The notes beneath the pieces were generated by a model, which was not told where the DNA came from, made no database searches, and saw nothing but the letters and a program-made list of their open reading frames with translations. DNA of 64,000 bases from NCBI GenBank assembly GCA_036479435.1, contig JAZGFI010000103.1:33955-97954 (forward strand). The letters run 5' to 3'. Shown here piece after piece: positions 1-9,635 of the stretch. The stretch is from Planctomycetota bacterium. Lineage in GTDB: Bacteria; Planctomycetota; GCA-002687715; DRQF01. A program made the translations under genes and the position numbers. How positions within the stretch are numbered: position 1 is the first letter of the stretch; every line of letters starts with the position of its first letter.

Positions 1-437
1 AGCGCGTGATCGACCTATTTTGCGGCGCAGGCACTCTTTCTTTGCCCTTGGCGAGCCAAGCGCGTGAGTTGCGCGGCTATGAAGTTGTCGAGAGCTCGGT
101 GGCTGCGGCGCGCAAGAATGCCGATCGGAACGGTGTCAGCGGCACGCACTTTGAAGTTTTCGATCTCAACGCCGGCTATCCCACTGGCCTTAGCGATGTT
201 GATGTTGTGGTCACCGATCCGCCGCGCTCTGGGATGCACCGCCGACTGTTAGCGGGGCTTATCGAAGCGTCGCCGCCCGTCATCATTTCGGTGGGGTGTA
301 ACCCGAAGACGCAGGCCGAAAATTTGGCCGTCATTTTGGCATCCGGAAAATACCGTCTCGAAGGCATGGTGGGGGTCGATCAGTTTCCCCAAACCCCGCA
401 CGTTGAAAACCTCGCCCGGCTCACAAAGATTGATTGA
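1..437 (+). CDS. C-terminal fragment of 23S rRNA (uracil-5)-methyltransferase, RlmD/RumA family (5' end outside window)
   Basis: Translation carries the class-I SAM methyltransferase motif DPPRSG and the C-terminal FPQTPHVE signature typical of RumA/TrmA-family enzymes. The ORF runs to the window edge. Confidence 0.65.
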   Translation, partial: RVIDLFCGAGTLSLPLASQARELRGYEVVESSVAAARKNADRNGVSGTHFEVFDLNAGYPTGLSDVDVVVTDPPRSGMHRRLLAGLIEASPPVIISVGCNPKTQAENLAVILASGKYRLEGMVGVDQFPQTPHVENLARLTKID

Positions 438-1269
438 AATGGGCGAGGGTTAGGCCCACCGCCGCATCAAACTCAAGGGTCGCAGCCAAAAAGGGGTGTC
501 GGCAATTCATGACATGGTCCGCCCCAGAGATGATGGATGTTGTCGGCAGCGCTTGCCAGGAGGCAGCATAAAGAGATTCCAAGGACTCAAGAGCTACCGC
601 TCGATCCTCGCGGCCATGGAGGCCAGCGAATCGTGCGCCCAGAATCTTTAGCGCGGGGTCGACGTCCAGTTCGGCTGGCAGTGGATTCAAGTCATCGAAG
701 GCGCTGCGGTCGAGCGTCATGATTTGGCCGGTACGGGCGTTGGGGATCTCCAGCTTCCCCTCCGATCGAAAAACTTCAGCCTGCTGCTCACTCCAGGCCA
801 ACCGTCGTACCGAAGCCCAAGTCATGACGGGAGTATCCGCACGCCGGGCGGCGGCCAGTATCGCGATGGGCCCGCCTCGGCTGTGCCCCAAGAATCCGAG
901 GCGTTGACGGTCCAGGTTGGGGCTTGCTGACGGAAACAGCGTTCCTTCTTCGAGGGCTTCGACGACCGTCTGCAAGTCGCGAAGCTCATAGCTCGCGCGA
1001 TTTTTTCGAAACAGGTCCAGTCGGGTGAAGCCTTGAGACTCATTGCCGAGGCCAACACCGTTGTGAGAGAAGTTGATGCGGACGGCGGCCAAACCATCGG
1101 CGGCCAAGCGCGCTGCGAGCTCGGGGAAGAATCCCCAGTCCTTGAAACCCTTAAAACCGTGCAGGATGACGACGATGGGGCAAGGCTTGCGACCTAAAGC
1201 GAGGGGAAGGTCGAGGTCGCAGGCAATCTCGCAGCCATCGACTCCGATCAGGTTCTCGTTCAAGGCCAC
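421..1269 (-). CDS. alpha/beta-fold hydrolase (esterase/dienelactone-hydrolase-like)
   Basis: 282-aa ORF with a VVILHGF segment, a GHSRGG nucleophile elbow (GxSxG), and alpha/beta hydrolase spacing. Overlaps convergently with the methyltransferase 3' end by 17 nt. Confidence 0.55.
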   Translation of the reverse strand: MALNENLIGVDGCEIACDLDLPLALGRKPCPIVVILHGFKGFKDWGFFPELAARLAADGLAAVRINFSHNGVGLGNESQGFTRLDLFRKNRASYELRDLQTVVEALEEGTLFPSASPNLDRQRLGFLGHSRGGPIAILAAARRADTPVMTWASVRRLAWSEQQAEVFRSEGKLEIPNARTGQIMTLDRSAFDDLNPLPAELDVDPALKILGARFAGLHGREDRAVALESLESLYAASWQALPTTSIISGADHVMNCRHPFLAATLEFDAAVGLTLAHFNQSL

Positions 1270-1276
1270 TGGGAAG

Positions 1277-1843
1277 TCAAAGGTTGTTGTGGAAGGTCAG
1301 GTTGCGGTCCGTCGTCGAACCGCTTTTCGGATCGTAGACGCGGCAAATTTTGGCGGGATCACCGTAGGTATGAATGGTCAGGCAGGGCGTGGAACAAGAG
1401 TTCGCCATGCGGTGAATGTTGTGTTCTCGGGGCGGGACGATCTCCAAGACCTCCCCGGCTGCGGCGGTGCAACGTGAGCGTTCCGAGAGTGAACCGTCTG
1501 GCGACGGTGCATCGTAGTCGATGATGTCGATGGTCTCTTTCAAGACTCCGACGACTCCCCAGGTTTGATGATCGTGGACCGGCGACCCTTTTGCAGCTCC
1601 CCACACGATGGCGACGACGGTGAATCTTCCCTCGGGATCGGCATAGAGGAGATTGCGGGTGTAGGGGACGTCATCAAGCCCCCGATGAAAAAACTCGGGG
1701 CAGATATCGGCGTTTTCGAGCAGACGTTTTTTGAGCGGAACGATCTCGCGCACGACGTCAGCCGGGTTGTTGCAGCGGCCAATAATCTCAGTGACGCTCT
1801 TCGCGTAGTCTTCGACGCTCATACAAGCCATAGTGTCTCTCAC
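1277..1843 (-). CDS. cysteine dioxygenase type I-like cupin
   Basis: 188 aa. The SPVHDHQTWGVVGVLKE region matches the His-rich cupin metal site of CDO-I family proteins. A later IHTYG motif is present. Confidence 0.5.
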   Translation of the reverse strand: MRDTMACMSVEDYAKSVTEIIGRCNNPADVVREIVPLKKRLLENADICPEFFHRGLDDVPYTRNLLYADPEGRFTVVAIVWGAAKGSPVHDHQTWGVVGVLKETIDIIDYDAPSPDGSLSERSRCTAAAGEVLEIVPPREHNIHRMANSCSTPCLTIHTYGDPAKICRVYDPKSGSTTDRNLTFHNNL

Positions 1844-2036
1844 GGCAACTTAGGTATCAGCGCGAATTATAGACCGGCGGGGCAAAGAGGCCAAACTCTT
1901 TCGTCAGAGCCCAAAAAAGAGGGGTGACGGGGTCGCGCTACTTGCCGCTGGACTTTCGAACACCCCGTAGGAAAGTCCCGCCACGCGACCCGTCAGGAAC
2001 CCAGTCGACCGTAGTTGGGGTTCGGATCGGAGAAAG

Positions 2037-2852
2037 TCATTTTTTTTGGGATTTCCACGCTTTCGCGAAGTTTTCGAGGCGTGCCTTGGAGACCGGGTTT
2101 TCGACGTAGCCCTCTTCTTTCAGCGCTGATCCTACGATGACGCCGTCCGCAAATCGCAGCAGGTCGCCAAGGTTCTCTGAGGTCACGCCGCTGCCGACGA
2201 ACAAGGGGTGCTCTGGAATCGCAGACTTCACCTCAGCGAGGTCGGATAGATCACAAGCCGCCCCCGTCGCCGTCCCGCTGACGATCAAGCCGTCCGCGCC
2301 GCCGCGAAGGGCGGTTGAGCGCGCCAAGGTTCCGAGGTCTGGGCGATATAGGGGCGTGCCAAATTTCACGTCTAAGTCGGCGAGGATTGCGGTGTCGACG
2401 CCGACGCGCGCGCGGTAGCGCAAAAGCTCGTTGGCCTTGCCCTCGATCAATCCCTGGTCGGTGGCGGTGATACCGGTGAGTACGTTGACGCGGATGAAGG
2501 CGGCACCGGCCGCGGCCGCCGCGCCGTAGGCGCCAAGGGCATCGTTGCGAAGAAGGTTGATCCCCACTGGCAAGGAAAACTTCCGACATAGTTCGGCGGC
2601 ATAGACCGCGCTGGCCGCCACCACATGGGGCTCGACTTCATCTTTGGCGAAGGGCGCGTCGCCGTGGTTTTCGAGGATGAAGGCGTCGACACCCTGGGCG
2701 CAGTAGAGCTCAGCTTCTCTGAGCATAAAGCTCCCTACTTCGTCGAAGCCAAGCGTGCTTCGCGGTGAGCCCGGAAGGGGTGGCAAGTGGAGCACGGCAA
2801 TCCAGGTCTTGGTGTTGCGGTCGCGAAAAGGGGCTCGAAATCGGGCGGTCAT
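2037..2852 (-). CDS. BtpA/SgcQ family TIM-barrel protein
   Basis: N-terminal WIAVLHLPPLPGSP segment and Gly/Ala-rich barrel are typical of the BtpA family. Confidence 0.5.
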   Translation of the reverse strand: MTARFRAPFRDRNTKTWIAVLHLPPLPGSPRSTLGFDEVGSFMLREAELYCAQGVDAFILENHGDAPFAKDEVEPHVVAASAVYAAELCRKFSLPVGINLLRNDALGAYGAAAAAGAAFIRVNVLTGITATDQGLIEGKANELLRYRARVGVDTAILADLDVKFGTPLYRPDLGTLARSTALRGGADGLIVSGTATGAACDLSDLAEVKSAIPEHPLFVGSGVTSENLGDLLRFADGVIVGSALKEEGYVENPVSKARLENFAKAWKSQKK

Positions 2853-2940
2853 GGGGGGGGGGCTTTCGAATATTTACTCAAGCACTGAACCTAAGCTAAC
2901 CGAAAGGACGAGGTGTGGTGAAACGCAGGGAGCGCACATC

Positions 2941-3762
2941 GTGAAAGCCGTGTCGGTCGCGTTGGCAGTCTGGGTCCTATTCGGCTCACTGCTGGCGGCA
3001 CAATCTGAGCCAAGCCCCACGAAGGGTAAAACTAGGGGGCTCAGCGTCGCGGATATCGAGGCGCTGTTACAAGTTGGCGTCTCGGATCTAGACTTGATCA
3101 AGCTCGGCGACCGTCGCGGCTGGCCCTCTAAGTTGCGGCAAGCCGATCTGATGCGGCTCGACCGGGTGGGCGCCCAAAGACGACTCCGCGAACGCCTCCT
3201 GGCCCGCTTGGAACTAGGCTCCAAGCGCGGTCAACGCTTGAAGACTCTGCGGCCCTACGATGGCCGATTCACCAATGCTCGCAGGCAAGAGCAGCGCTAC
3301 GCCTTATTGGTGCCGCAGGGGTTTGAGTTCCGCTCGAGCCAAGGTGGACGGCGCTTAGAGATCATTGGGTCGGGTTCGGCGGATTGGTTTTCAAGGCGCA
3401 GCTACTTCCTTTGGATTTTGGACCGGAAGACATGGCGGCCATCCGATGCGCTAGCTCTGAGTAAAGTTGTCGCCGATTCGGCGCTGGCACGTATGAAGCG
3501 CGGCGGATTGAAGCTGAGCCCGCTCGAATTCTCCTACCTCACGGACCCCGAAACCCGAACTCGCTACCCGCACTATGATGCCCTCGGTCGCGATCCTGAG
3601 ACGGATCGTGGCGGCGTTTTCGCCCTCGCGCTGAAGATCCCAGCTGATGGCGACTATTTCGCGGTGATGGGCTACACCAGCCCCACGAAGATCGCAGGAC
3701 AAGATGAAAGCGATGACCCGGCGACTATCCTCAGCCTGATGCTCGGTTCCCTTAAGCTCTAG
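2941..3762 (+). CDS. secreted hypothetical protein
   Basis: The ORF frame is open from 2755. A GTG at 2941 is preceded by AGGGAG (2927-2932) and followed by a signal-peptide-like KAVSVALAVWVLFGSLLAAQS. Starting at 2755 would overlap the convergent btpA-like gene. No recognisable domain. Confidence 0.4.
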   Translation: MKAVSVALAVWVLFGSLLAAQSEPSPTKGKTRGLSVADIEALLQVGVSDLDLIKLGDRRGWPSKLRQADLMRLDRVGAQRRLRERLLARLELGSKRGQRLKTLRPYDGRFTNARRQEQRYALLVPQGFEFRSSQGGRRLEIIGSGSADWFSRRSYFLWILDRKTWRPSDALALSKVVADSALARMKRGGLKLSPLEFSYLTDPETRTRYPHYDALGRDPETDRGGVFALALKIPADGDYFAVMGYTSPTKIAGQDESDDPATILSLMLGSLKL

Positions 3763-4330
3763 GCAGATCGTTGGCGGAATCGCCTAACATAGCCCTGCCG
3801 GGCTCAAATCAATAAATTGTATGACTTGTGCGGGGCCAAGGATGTCTTGACTTTTGTCTCGGCGATCTTCAGGTTGGAAGCGTCCATCCGGTGGAAACGC
3901 CGGAAAAAATGAAATTGGGAAAAGGGTAGACGGCGAGGATGTGGAGGTGTGCCGTAGATGAGGTGTGTTTCAACGTACCCTTTTCTTTGCCAATGAGTGC
4001 GGTGTGCTGAGAGCCGTCCCCTTTTCCCAATTCCCAATCCCTTTGACTTTCGGACGTCAGGGGCCTCGACCTTGAGTCGAAGAAACCCCAACACTCCCAT
4101 TGCCGCGAAGATCGATGGTCACTCAGTTGTCCAAGCCCGAGTGACCTGGCGGGTGGAGTCTACGTTCTCGTCCCGCCGCTGGTATAGATAATACAAACTG
4201 GGTCTAAGTTCGGAAGGGACTTTAGGAAAGGAAAGGTTTAGACCCGCAGATTTCGGCCTCTGCTGCCGCAAGGAGGGTTTGCGACAACACTAAGGGCGGC
4301 GGTTGGAAGAGAGAAAGTCCCTAACTTCGG

Positions 4331-5326
4331 CTAGATTTTCTTACCTTCAGGCGATTTCGCCGGTTTCTTGGGGGTCTTTTTTGTGGGTGGGCGCTTTCCG
4401 ATCGTCCAGGCGGCAAGCCATTCCACTTTTCGCAGCGACAGATCGGGCATACGCTTCTTGAGGCGGCGCTCAAAATCCGCCATGTGTCCCGCGCCGTAGA
4501 GAATAGCCACTCTCCGGGTTGTTTTGAGCCCGCGAAGGCGATCGAGCTCCAAAAGAGCGTGCTCATTGCGCGCCTCGATGATGATGGCGTCGCGTTTTTC
4601 CTCTTCGCGGCGTTTGAAGCGCTGGTAGTAAGCGTTCCCGTCGCCCAAGACTTGCGCCAGGGAGCGCTTGGCGCGGTCGCGGATCAGGTTGAGGAAGGCT
4701 GGCGTCTTGCCGTCCTCCTTGGGTTCCAGTGCTTTCAGGAAGCGGCTGAGTAAAGGTCCCATCGATTGCACGATGTTGGCGGCGGGGACGAGGGTGATCT
4801 TGGCCTCTTTGAGTCGCTGTTGCACGTCTTTTGCCGAGAGGTCGGCATGGACGAAGTTCTTTCCCGTCGTCACCAAGCGATCGCGTTGGTGTTCCAAGGC
4901 CAAGTAGTCCTTCAGTTGATTTTGAAGGCGGTCCAGGAGCGTCAAGAGTGAATCCTCGTTCAGCTCTGGGTCCGGTTTGAGGCCCTCGAAAAGCACATGG
5001 GGATAGGGTTGGAGCTTTTTTTGAAGGCTGTCGTAGTAGCTGCGGTCGCCAATGTGAACGGCTGACACCAAGGTAATATCGAGGTCGGCTTCTTCACTGC
5101 GGTACTGAACGATGGCGGTTTCAAGCCGCTGGATCTTGCGGCCTTTGCTGTAACGGATAAAGCGCGTTTTTTCCTGATGCGTGTTCGGCGCTAGGGCGCC
5201 AAGTCTAGTAGCCTGTAGGCTCGGTGGCGCTGCAACGGGGCCATCGAGCTCGCCCGCTGAGATACCAAATGACAGAGTAAACAGAGTCAGCCAAAGGCTG
5301 AGTGTTGCGGGACCGAAGCTAATCAT
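4331..5326 (-). CDS. TraB/GumN family-like secreted protein with Lys-rich C-terminal tail
   Basis: N-terminal signal peptide. Segments LVSAVHIGDRSYYD and RVAILYGAGHMADFERRL resemble the two conserved GxxH blocks of the TraB/GumN (TIKI) family. Basic PPTKKTPKKPAKSPEGKK tail. Confidence 0.45.
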   Translation of the reverse strand: MISFGPATLSLWLTLFTLSFGISAGELDGPVAAPPSLQATRLGALAPNTHQEKTRFIRYSKGRKIQRLETAIVQYRSEEADLDITLVSAVHIGDRSYYDSLQKKLQPYPHVLFEGLKPDPELNEDSLLTLLDRLQNQLKDYLALEHQRDRLVTTGKNFVHADLSAKDVQQRLKEAKITLVPAANIVQSMGPLLSRFLKALEPKEDGKTPAFLNLIRDRAKRSLAQVLGDGNAYYQRFKRREEEKRDAIIIEARNEHALLELDRLRGLKTTRRVAILYGAGHMADFERRLKKRMPDLSLRKVEWLAAWTIGKRPPTKKTPKKPAKSPEGKKI

Positions 5327-5423
5327 CTATTTGTCTCCTCAGCTCCCCAATTTGGGATTAATGAAAATAGCAGTTTCGGGGCCCCGAAACATCCGCCGGG
5401 CCAAATCAGGAGGTGGCAAGTCT

Positions 5424-6380
5424 TTGACGAGCGAAGGGAATGCATCCAGCGCGATCCGAGCCGAGGGTCTTTGCGTCCGCTACGGGAAGTTTGAGGCGCT
5501 TTCAGAGCTCAATCTCGACTTCCGTGGACCCAGCTTGGGCCTTTTGGGCCCCAACGGCGCCGGGAAGAGCACTTTCATCAAGACCCTGCTGGGGCTTATT
5601 CGCCCCAACGCCGGTCGTGCATCGGTCTTGGGCCTGGACTCCCGCCGCCAACGCTTGGCGCTTAGGCGCAGCGTCGGCTACGTCCCCGAAAAAGATTGCC
5701 ATATTCCAGAGATGAGCGCGGTGGACTACGTCACCTTAGGCGGTGAGCTTGCCGGGATGCCACGCAGTGACGCGATCCAACGGGCCCACGAGATGCTCCA
5801 GTTTTGCGGAGTCGGTGAAGCCCGCTATCGCGCCGTCGATGACTATTCAGCCGGCATGCGGCAACGGACAAAGCTGGCACAAGCCTTGGTGCACGACCCC
5901 AAGTTGGTGTTCTTGGACGAACCCACGAATGGCCTGGATCCAGAGGGTCGCCTGAAGTTGCTGTCCGTTCTTCGCGACCTGCAGGAGAATAAGGGCATTC
6001 GGATCGTGCTCTCATCGCACCTTCTGCGAGACGTAGAATTCGTCTGCGAAGAGGTGATGGTTTTGCGCCGAGGTCGCCTCGTCGTACATGGCAACGTTCT
6101 CGAACTAAAACAGCTTTCCGATCGCCACTTGCTGGTGAAAGCGCGAGGCGACATCGCCGTCTTTCAGCGTGCGCTCGAAGGCAAAGGCTGCCAGTTCGAA
6201 GACGACGGTAAACAAAGCTACCGGGTGATCGTGCCGAGCGGTTGCGGGAGCGAACTCATCCTCGAGACGGCCCTCGAAAACGATATTCAAATCCGACATC
6301 TCAAACGCGAAGAGTCAAGCTTGGAGGAGGCCTTCCTCTCCGCGCTCGACGGTGAGGCCAACCGTCATGCCGGTCTATGA
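5424..6380 (+). CDS. ABC transporter ATP-binding protein (pair 1)
   Basis: Walker A GPNGAGKST, signature SAGMRQRT, Walker B LVFLDEPTNGLD, H-loop SSHLL. Start proposed at in-frame TTG 5424, 9 nt after AGGAGG (5409-5414). The longer 5181/5361 starts would abut or overlap the divergent upstream gene. Confidence 0.8.
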   Translation: MTSEGNASSAIRAEGLCVRYGKFEALSELNLDFRGPSLGLLGPNGAGKSTFIKTLLGLIRPNAGRASVLGLDSRRQRLALRRSVGYVPEKDCHIPEMSAVDYVTLGGELAGMPRSDAIQRAHEMLQFCGVGEARYRAVDDYSAGMRQRTKLAQALVHDPKLVFLDEPTNGLDPEGRLKLLSVLRDLQENKGIRIVLSSHLLRDVEFVCEEVMVLRRGRLVVHGNVLELKQLSDRHLLVKARGDIAVFQRALEGKGCQFEDDGKQSYRVIVPSGCGSELILETALENDIQIRHLKREESSLEEAFLSALDGEANRHAGL

Positions 6381-7284
6381 CCAAAGCTATCGTCACTGGA
6401 AAGGCAGTTTTCGCCGCAGCCCGCTTAGATGGGCACCCATGGTTTCCTACCACATGAAACACTTGATGCGCTCGAAGCTGGTGTGGTTTTTCCTGCTGGG
6501 GGCCTTTGCCCCGGCTCTGGGCGCGATCATCTTCGTATATGTGGGCTATCTTGAAGGTCCCGAAGTGCTCAGCCGAGCGGTTGATGTGCTGCTGATCGAT
6601 TCGCTCGGCGAAAGCGCCACCCGCGATGACGAGTACCGGATCATGGCTCGCTACGGCATGTTGAGCATGCTCGTGTTTCCGCAGTCTTTTGTGGTCTTGT
6701 CGATCACCAGCATTGTCGGTTCTGGCCTGATCGCCAAAGACATCAGAAGCAATGCCCTCGAGATCTACTTGACGAAACCCATTACCCCGACGGACTACAT
6801 CCTGGGCAAGCTCGCGGTCATCGCGATTTTCATCTTCTTGGTCACCTTCGCGCCGGCGGCCTTGGTGCTTTTGGTGGCATCATCACTTTGGGAGGGTTTC
6901 GGTGCCGCCGCCTTGTCGGTGACGCCGGCTTTGTTTTTGGCCTGCGCTATCACGGCCTTAGTGAACGGCTCGGTCATCTTAGGTCTGTCTTCGTTGACGA
7001 AGTCTTCGCGCTATGCGACGGTCATTTGGTTCGCGATCTGTTTCGTTTCGCAAGCGACGGCGAGCGCTCTGCAAGAAATCACGCGTGAACCCATGTGGCA
7101 GGTGATCAGCTATCGCCAGAATTTCGCTTTGATCATCGCAGAGATCATGGGTTCGACGGAATTGCCCAATGTCGTCGTGAGTGATCCGCCTCATATGGGT
7201 ATTCCCATCGCCCTTTTGGGGTTTGCGACATTGACGGCGATTCTCGTCCTGCGACGGACGATTCGCGCTGTGGAGAACGCTTGA
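6367..7284 (+). CDS. ABC-2 type transporter permease (pair 1)
   Basis: Multi-TM hydrophobic protein directly following the ATPase. ATG 6367 lies 11 nt before the ATPase stop (a GTG at 6352 is also possible). ABC-2 family topology. Confidence 0.6.
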   Translation: MPVYDQSYRHWKGSFRRSPLRWAPMVSYHMKHLMRSKLVWFFLLGAFAPALGAIIFVYVGYLEGPEVLSRAVDVLLIDSLGESATRDDEYRIMARYGMLSMLVFPQSFVVLSITSIVGSGLIAKDIRSNALEIYLTKPITPTDYILGKLAVIAIFIFLVTFAPAALVLLVASSLWEGFGAAALSVTPALFLACAITALVNGSVILGLSSLTKSSRYATVIWFAICFVSQATASALQEITREPMWQVISYRQNFALIIAEIMGSTELPNVVVSDPPHMGIPIALLGFATLTAILVLRRTIRAVENA

Positions 7285-8225
7285 TGTCGGCACCGTTGCT
7301 ATCCGCCCGAGGAGCTAGTAAGTGGTACGGGCAAGTGATTGCGGTCAACGACGTCACGCTCGACATTCAACCCGGTATTACGGCTCTGTTGGGACCCAAT
7401 GGAGCCGGTAAATCGACTTTGCTCGGCCTGTTCACGGGGCAACTCAGGCCAACGCGAGGCCTCGTGGAGGCCTTTGGTGAGCCGATCTGGGACAACCCGC
7501 GGCTCAACGAGCGCATCGGGCTCTGCCACCAGTACGACAATTTTTACGAAGAGATGACGGCGGTCGAGTTCTTGCGATTCATCTGCCGGCTCACCGGTTT
7601 TAGGGGCACGGCTGCCCGTCAACGCGCCGACTATGTTCTCGACCGCGTGGGCTTGGAGAAATGCGATCGAGTTCGCGCAATCCGAACCTACAGCAAGGGC
7701 ATGCGACAACGAACCAAACTCGCACAGGCTTTGGTCCACGAACCCGAGCTTTTGTTTCTCGACGAACCGATGACGGGGCTCGACCCGGTGGGGCGCTACG
7801 AAATTTCCAAGTTGCTAGAAGGCCTGGCAAAGATGGGAAAGAGCATCGTCGTATCGACACACATCCTCCATGAGGTCGAGGCCTTAACCGACCAGATCTT
7901 GCTACTTGCCGAAGGACGCATTCTTGCCGAAGGCGACATTCACCAGATTCGGGCCTCTTTGGAACAACATCCCTATCAGATTCGAGTGGTGTCCAACGCG
8001 GCCCGCGCGTTAGCGGTTCTACTCACAGCGGATGAACACGTTAGCGCCGTCAAAATCCAAGAGTTGACCGTCGATAGAGAGGCCTTGACCATAAGCACGA
8101 CGCGAGCGGATCTTGTTTTCGACTCTTTGCCTCGGCACGCGCAGACGGCCGGCGCCTATATCGAAGAGATATCCTGCCCCGACGACAACCTTGAATCGGT
8201 CTTTGACTACTTGGTGGGACAATGA
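7284..8225 (+). CDS. ABC transporter ATP-binding protein (pair 2)
   Basis: Walker A GPNGAGKST, signature SKGMRQRTKLAQALVH, Walker B LLFLDEPMTGLD. Clear paralogue of the first ATPase. The ATG overlaps the stop of the upstream permease (TGATG). Confidence 0.8.
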   Translation: MSAPLLSARGASKWYGQVIAVNDVTLDIQPGITALLGPNGAGKSTLLGLFTGQLRPTRGLVEAFGEPIWDNPRLNERIGLCHQYDNFYEEMTAVEFLRFICRLTGFRGTAARQRADYVLDRVGLEKCDRVRAIRTYSKGMRQRTKLAQALVHEPELLFLDEPMTGLDPVGRYEISKLLEGLAKMGKSIVVSTHILHEVEALTDQILLLAEGRILAEGDIHQIRASLEQHPYQIRVVSNAARALAVLLTADEHVSAVKIQELTVDREALTISTTRADLVFDSLPRHAQTAGAYIEEISCPDDNLESVFDYLVGQ

Positions 8226-9079
8226 ACGAGACCCAACAAATCGGCGCTAAACTCGCTGAAGAGACCCCGAAATTCATCCGACCCGATCCCCCTGGCTTCG
8301 TCAGAGCATCGGTCCTGATCGCGTGTCATACCGTTCAGAAACTGATCGGACCCAAACGGCTGATTTTTCTCACAGCCTTGCTGTTCATTCCCGTGTTCAT
8401 CGTTGCCATCAGCAAGCACGAAGGGCAGGCGGATGAGTTTTTGTCCTTCTTTGCTCCGGTGGCCTACTTGCTGGTCTTGGCGCCGCTCACGAGTCTATTT
8501 TTGTCGGCGACAAACTTCGCTGACGAAGTGGATAACCGGACGCTTGGCTACTTGTTGTTGCGACCGATCTCCCGCGAGACTCTGCTCTTTGGGCAGTGTC
8601 TTGGATCTGGCTTCGTTGCGACCGCGCTCATTCTCTTCTCGGCGGCCGCAGCCCACTTGGTCGCGGCCTGGCCCGGTCACATCACAGGATTGATCCCCAG
8701 TTATTGGATGGGGGAGTTCGCGGGATTCGCGGCCGTCGTCGTCTTATCGATCGCACTCTATACCGCCTTGAGCTCCGTCGCTGGCCTCGTCTTGAAGCGC
8801 CCCGTGCTGTGGGGGATCGTCTACATGGTGATCGTCGAAATCACTTTTTGCTACGCCGCGGGACCACCCTCAAAGATCGCGATATCCCACCACACCACCC
8901 GTTTGCTGCCAGAAGCTTACTTGACTCCCGAGATCCTCGTCACCGAAGCGGCCAACCGCCCCTTCGAGGCCGTCCCCATTCCGGTCACGATCATCGGTCT
9001 TGGCGTCACACTATTTTTGCTGTTGGGATTGGCGGTTGTCGCAGTGCGGCGTTCGGAGTTCACCTCCAAAGAGGACTAA
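8222..9079 (+). CDS. ABC-2 type transporter permease (pair 2)
   Basis: Six predicted TM segments. ATGA overlap with the preceding ATPase stop. Confidence 0.6.
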   Translation: MNETQQIGAKLAEETPKFIRPDPPGFVRASVLIACHTVQKLIGPKRLIFLTALLFIPVFIVAISKHEGQADEFLSFFAPVAYLLVLAPLTSLFLSATNFADEVDNRTLGYLLLRPISRETLLFGQCLGSGFVATALILFSAAAAHLVAAWPGHITGLIPSYWMGEFAGFAAVVVLSIALYTALSSVAGLVLKRPVLWGIVYMVIVEITFCYAAGPPSKIAISHHTTRLLPEAYLTPEILVTEAANRPFEAVPIPVTIIGLGVTLFLLLGLAVVAVRRSEFTSKED

Positions 9080-9305
9080 AAAACTAGATCTAAGAAATCA
9101 TAGAAACAGCGAGACAGAGGCGCACGTTTTTCGCTTTTCAGATAGGAGCCTCTTTTATTGATGAGGCTAGATTCCGTCCCTGGAGACCCTCCGATGATAC
9201 TGCGCAGCCTGCTTACCTTCCTCGCCATTGCGGCCTCTGCTTTGGCTCAACTCCAGCATTCCCCTGCCACAGTTTCCACAACCTCTGGGCGCGATCATGA
9301 ACGTT

Positions 9306-9635
9306 TCACCATCGGAACGCGGGTCCATCGCCGTGGCCTTCTAAGGTCGGCCCTCCGGCAATGGTTCGTACCCATCCATCAATCGTCATCGTTCGGATGG
9401 CGTGATTGTTGATGTCCGCAAACACGACCGTGGTTGGATTCAGCGCGGCCAAGCGAATAGGTTTGTTCATCCGGACGGCAGAACCCCTACCGTCACGAAA
9501 ACCGCTTTCGCCGTTGCTAACGATGATCATCGTCGGGTGCTCGGACCCATTTAAGGCTGCGGCATCGGCGGGATTCGCGGCACAGGCCGCAAGGCAAGCG
9601 ACGGCGGCGAAAAGAATGGTGTAGCGAATGATGAT
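9306..9635 (-). pseudogene. small lipoprotein-like ORF with a single NHL repeat; no canonical start codon (possible ATC/ATT start or gene remnant)
   Basis: The stop-to-stop frame encodes FIIIRYTILFAAVACLAAC (lipobox LAAC) followed by a textbook NHL-repeat segment (GFRDGRGSAVRMNKPIRLAALNPTTVVFADINNHAIRTMTIDGWVRTIAGG). The only ATG (9530) lies after the leader. No ATG/GTG/TTG precedes the leader in frame. Confidence 0.3.

Noticed and set aside
2755-2940. Longer N-terminus for the 2941-3762 gene starting at GTG 2755 or ATG 2851
   Set aside because: It would overlap the convergent BtpA-like gene by ~100 nt and place ~30-60 non-hydrophobic residues before an obvious signal peptide. GTG 2941 with the AGGGAG RBS is preferred.
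3483-3498. Sigma-54-like match TGGCACGTATGAAGCG
   Set aside because: It lies inside the coding sequence of the 2941-3762 gene, with no downstream gene start within range. Most likely a chance match.
9158-9412. 84-aa plus-strand ORF with a signal-peptide-like start
   Set aside because: Low-complexity product. It overlaps the more convincing minus-strand NHL-repeat frame. No RBS and no motif.
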